This document shows, one piece after another, positions 63,968 through 64,000 of a stretch of DNA of 64,000 bases. Source of the stretch: Chthonomonas sp. (lineage in GTDB: Bacteria > Armatimonadota > Chthonomonadetes > Chthonomonadales > Chthonomonadaceae); NCBI RefSeq assembly GCF_035294505.1, contig NZ_DATGKU010000174.1, positions 73,610 through 137,609 of the forward strand, read 5' to 3'. The notes below the pieces were generated by a model. The model saw nothing but the letters and a program-made list of their open reading frames with translations, searched no databases and had not been told where the DNA came from. The translations under genes and the position numbers were made by a program. The stretch's first letter is position 1; every line of letters starts with the position of its first letter.

Positions 63968-64000
63968 AAGTAGTGCTTCCCTACCCCACTAGGGGTGCAG

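Noticed and set aside
1-64000. Search for CRISPR arrays, tRNA/rRNA genes, integrases or transposases
   Set aside because: No direct-repeat/spacer periodicity, no tRNA-like T-arm/acceptor patterns (GTTCGAATCC-type) in intergenic regions, and no ORF with integrase/transposase motifs were seen. The window appears to be core chromosome rather than a mobile island.

Overview
This window is a high-GC (roughly 58-60% by eye) bacterial chromosomal segment that is densely coding on both strands. I found no rRNA, tRNA, CRISPR array, integrase or transposase.

From left to right it contains:
- A secreted glycoside-hydrolase cluster: a GH127-like fragment running off the left edge, GH2, a GH44-like enzyme and an 858-aa orphan protein.
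- Housekeeping genes: coaX, argS, holA, rpsT, serC, hemB, a cobA-hemD fusion, xylA, nadC and birA.
- A canonical MoxR AAA+ ATPase / DUF58 / membrane transglutaminase three-gene module.
- A same-strand cluster of a BadF-type ATPase, a non-canonical Hsp70-like ATPase and a TPR/proline-threonine-rich protein with a DUF4190-like membrane tail.
- A GntR-type sugar-binding regulator divergent from a Zn-dependent alcohol dehydrogenase and a DUF2252 protein.
- An M20 dipeptidase, a PhyH dioxygenase, a DUF1080 protein and a GAF histidine kinase.
- A 629-aa repeat protein whose gene shows an extreme GC-skew flip halfway along.
- An HD-domain protein, an M61 peptidase and two peptidase + PD40 propeller gene pairs.
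- An NfeD-flotillin pair followed by a membrane protein and a CDF metal exporter.
- An APC permease with a Usp-like tail, translationally coupled to a STAS-Usp protein.
- A Gfo/Idh/MocA oxidoreductase at the right end.

Non-coding observations:
- A 29-nt palindromic REP-like element occurs twice at convergent gene ends, with a third partial copy.
- The 5' leaders of holA and nadC are alignable over about 60 nt. They share a distant AAAGGAGGG box, a covarying hairpin with a GCCUAAA loop and an AGUCUCC box.
- A 190-nt intergenic region before holA is multi-hairpin and includes a UUCG tetraloop.
- There are several intrinsic-terminator hairpins.

The three observations I would look at first for something undescribed are the skew-flipped repeat-protein gene (44137-46026), the BadF-ATPase/Hsp70-like/TPR-DUF4190 cluster (22548-27087), and the conserved holA/nadC leader element. 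All functional calls rest on motif recognition by eye and need homology searches to confirm.
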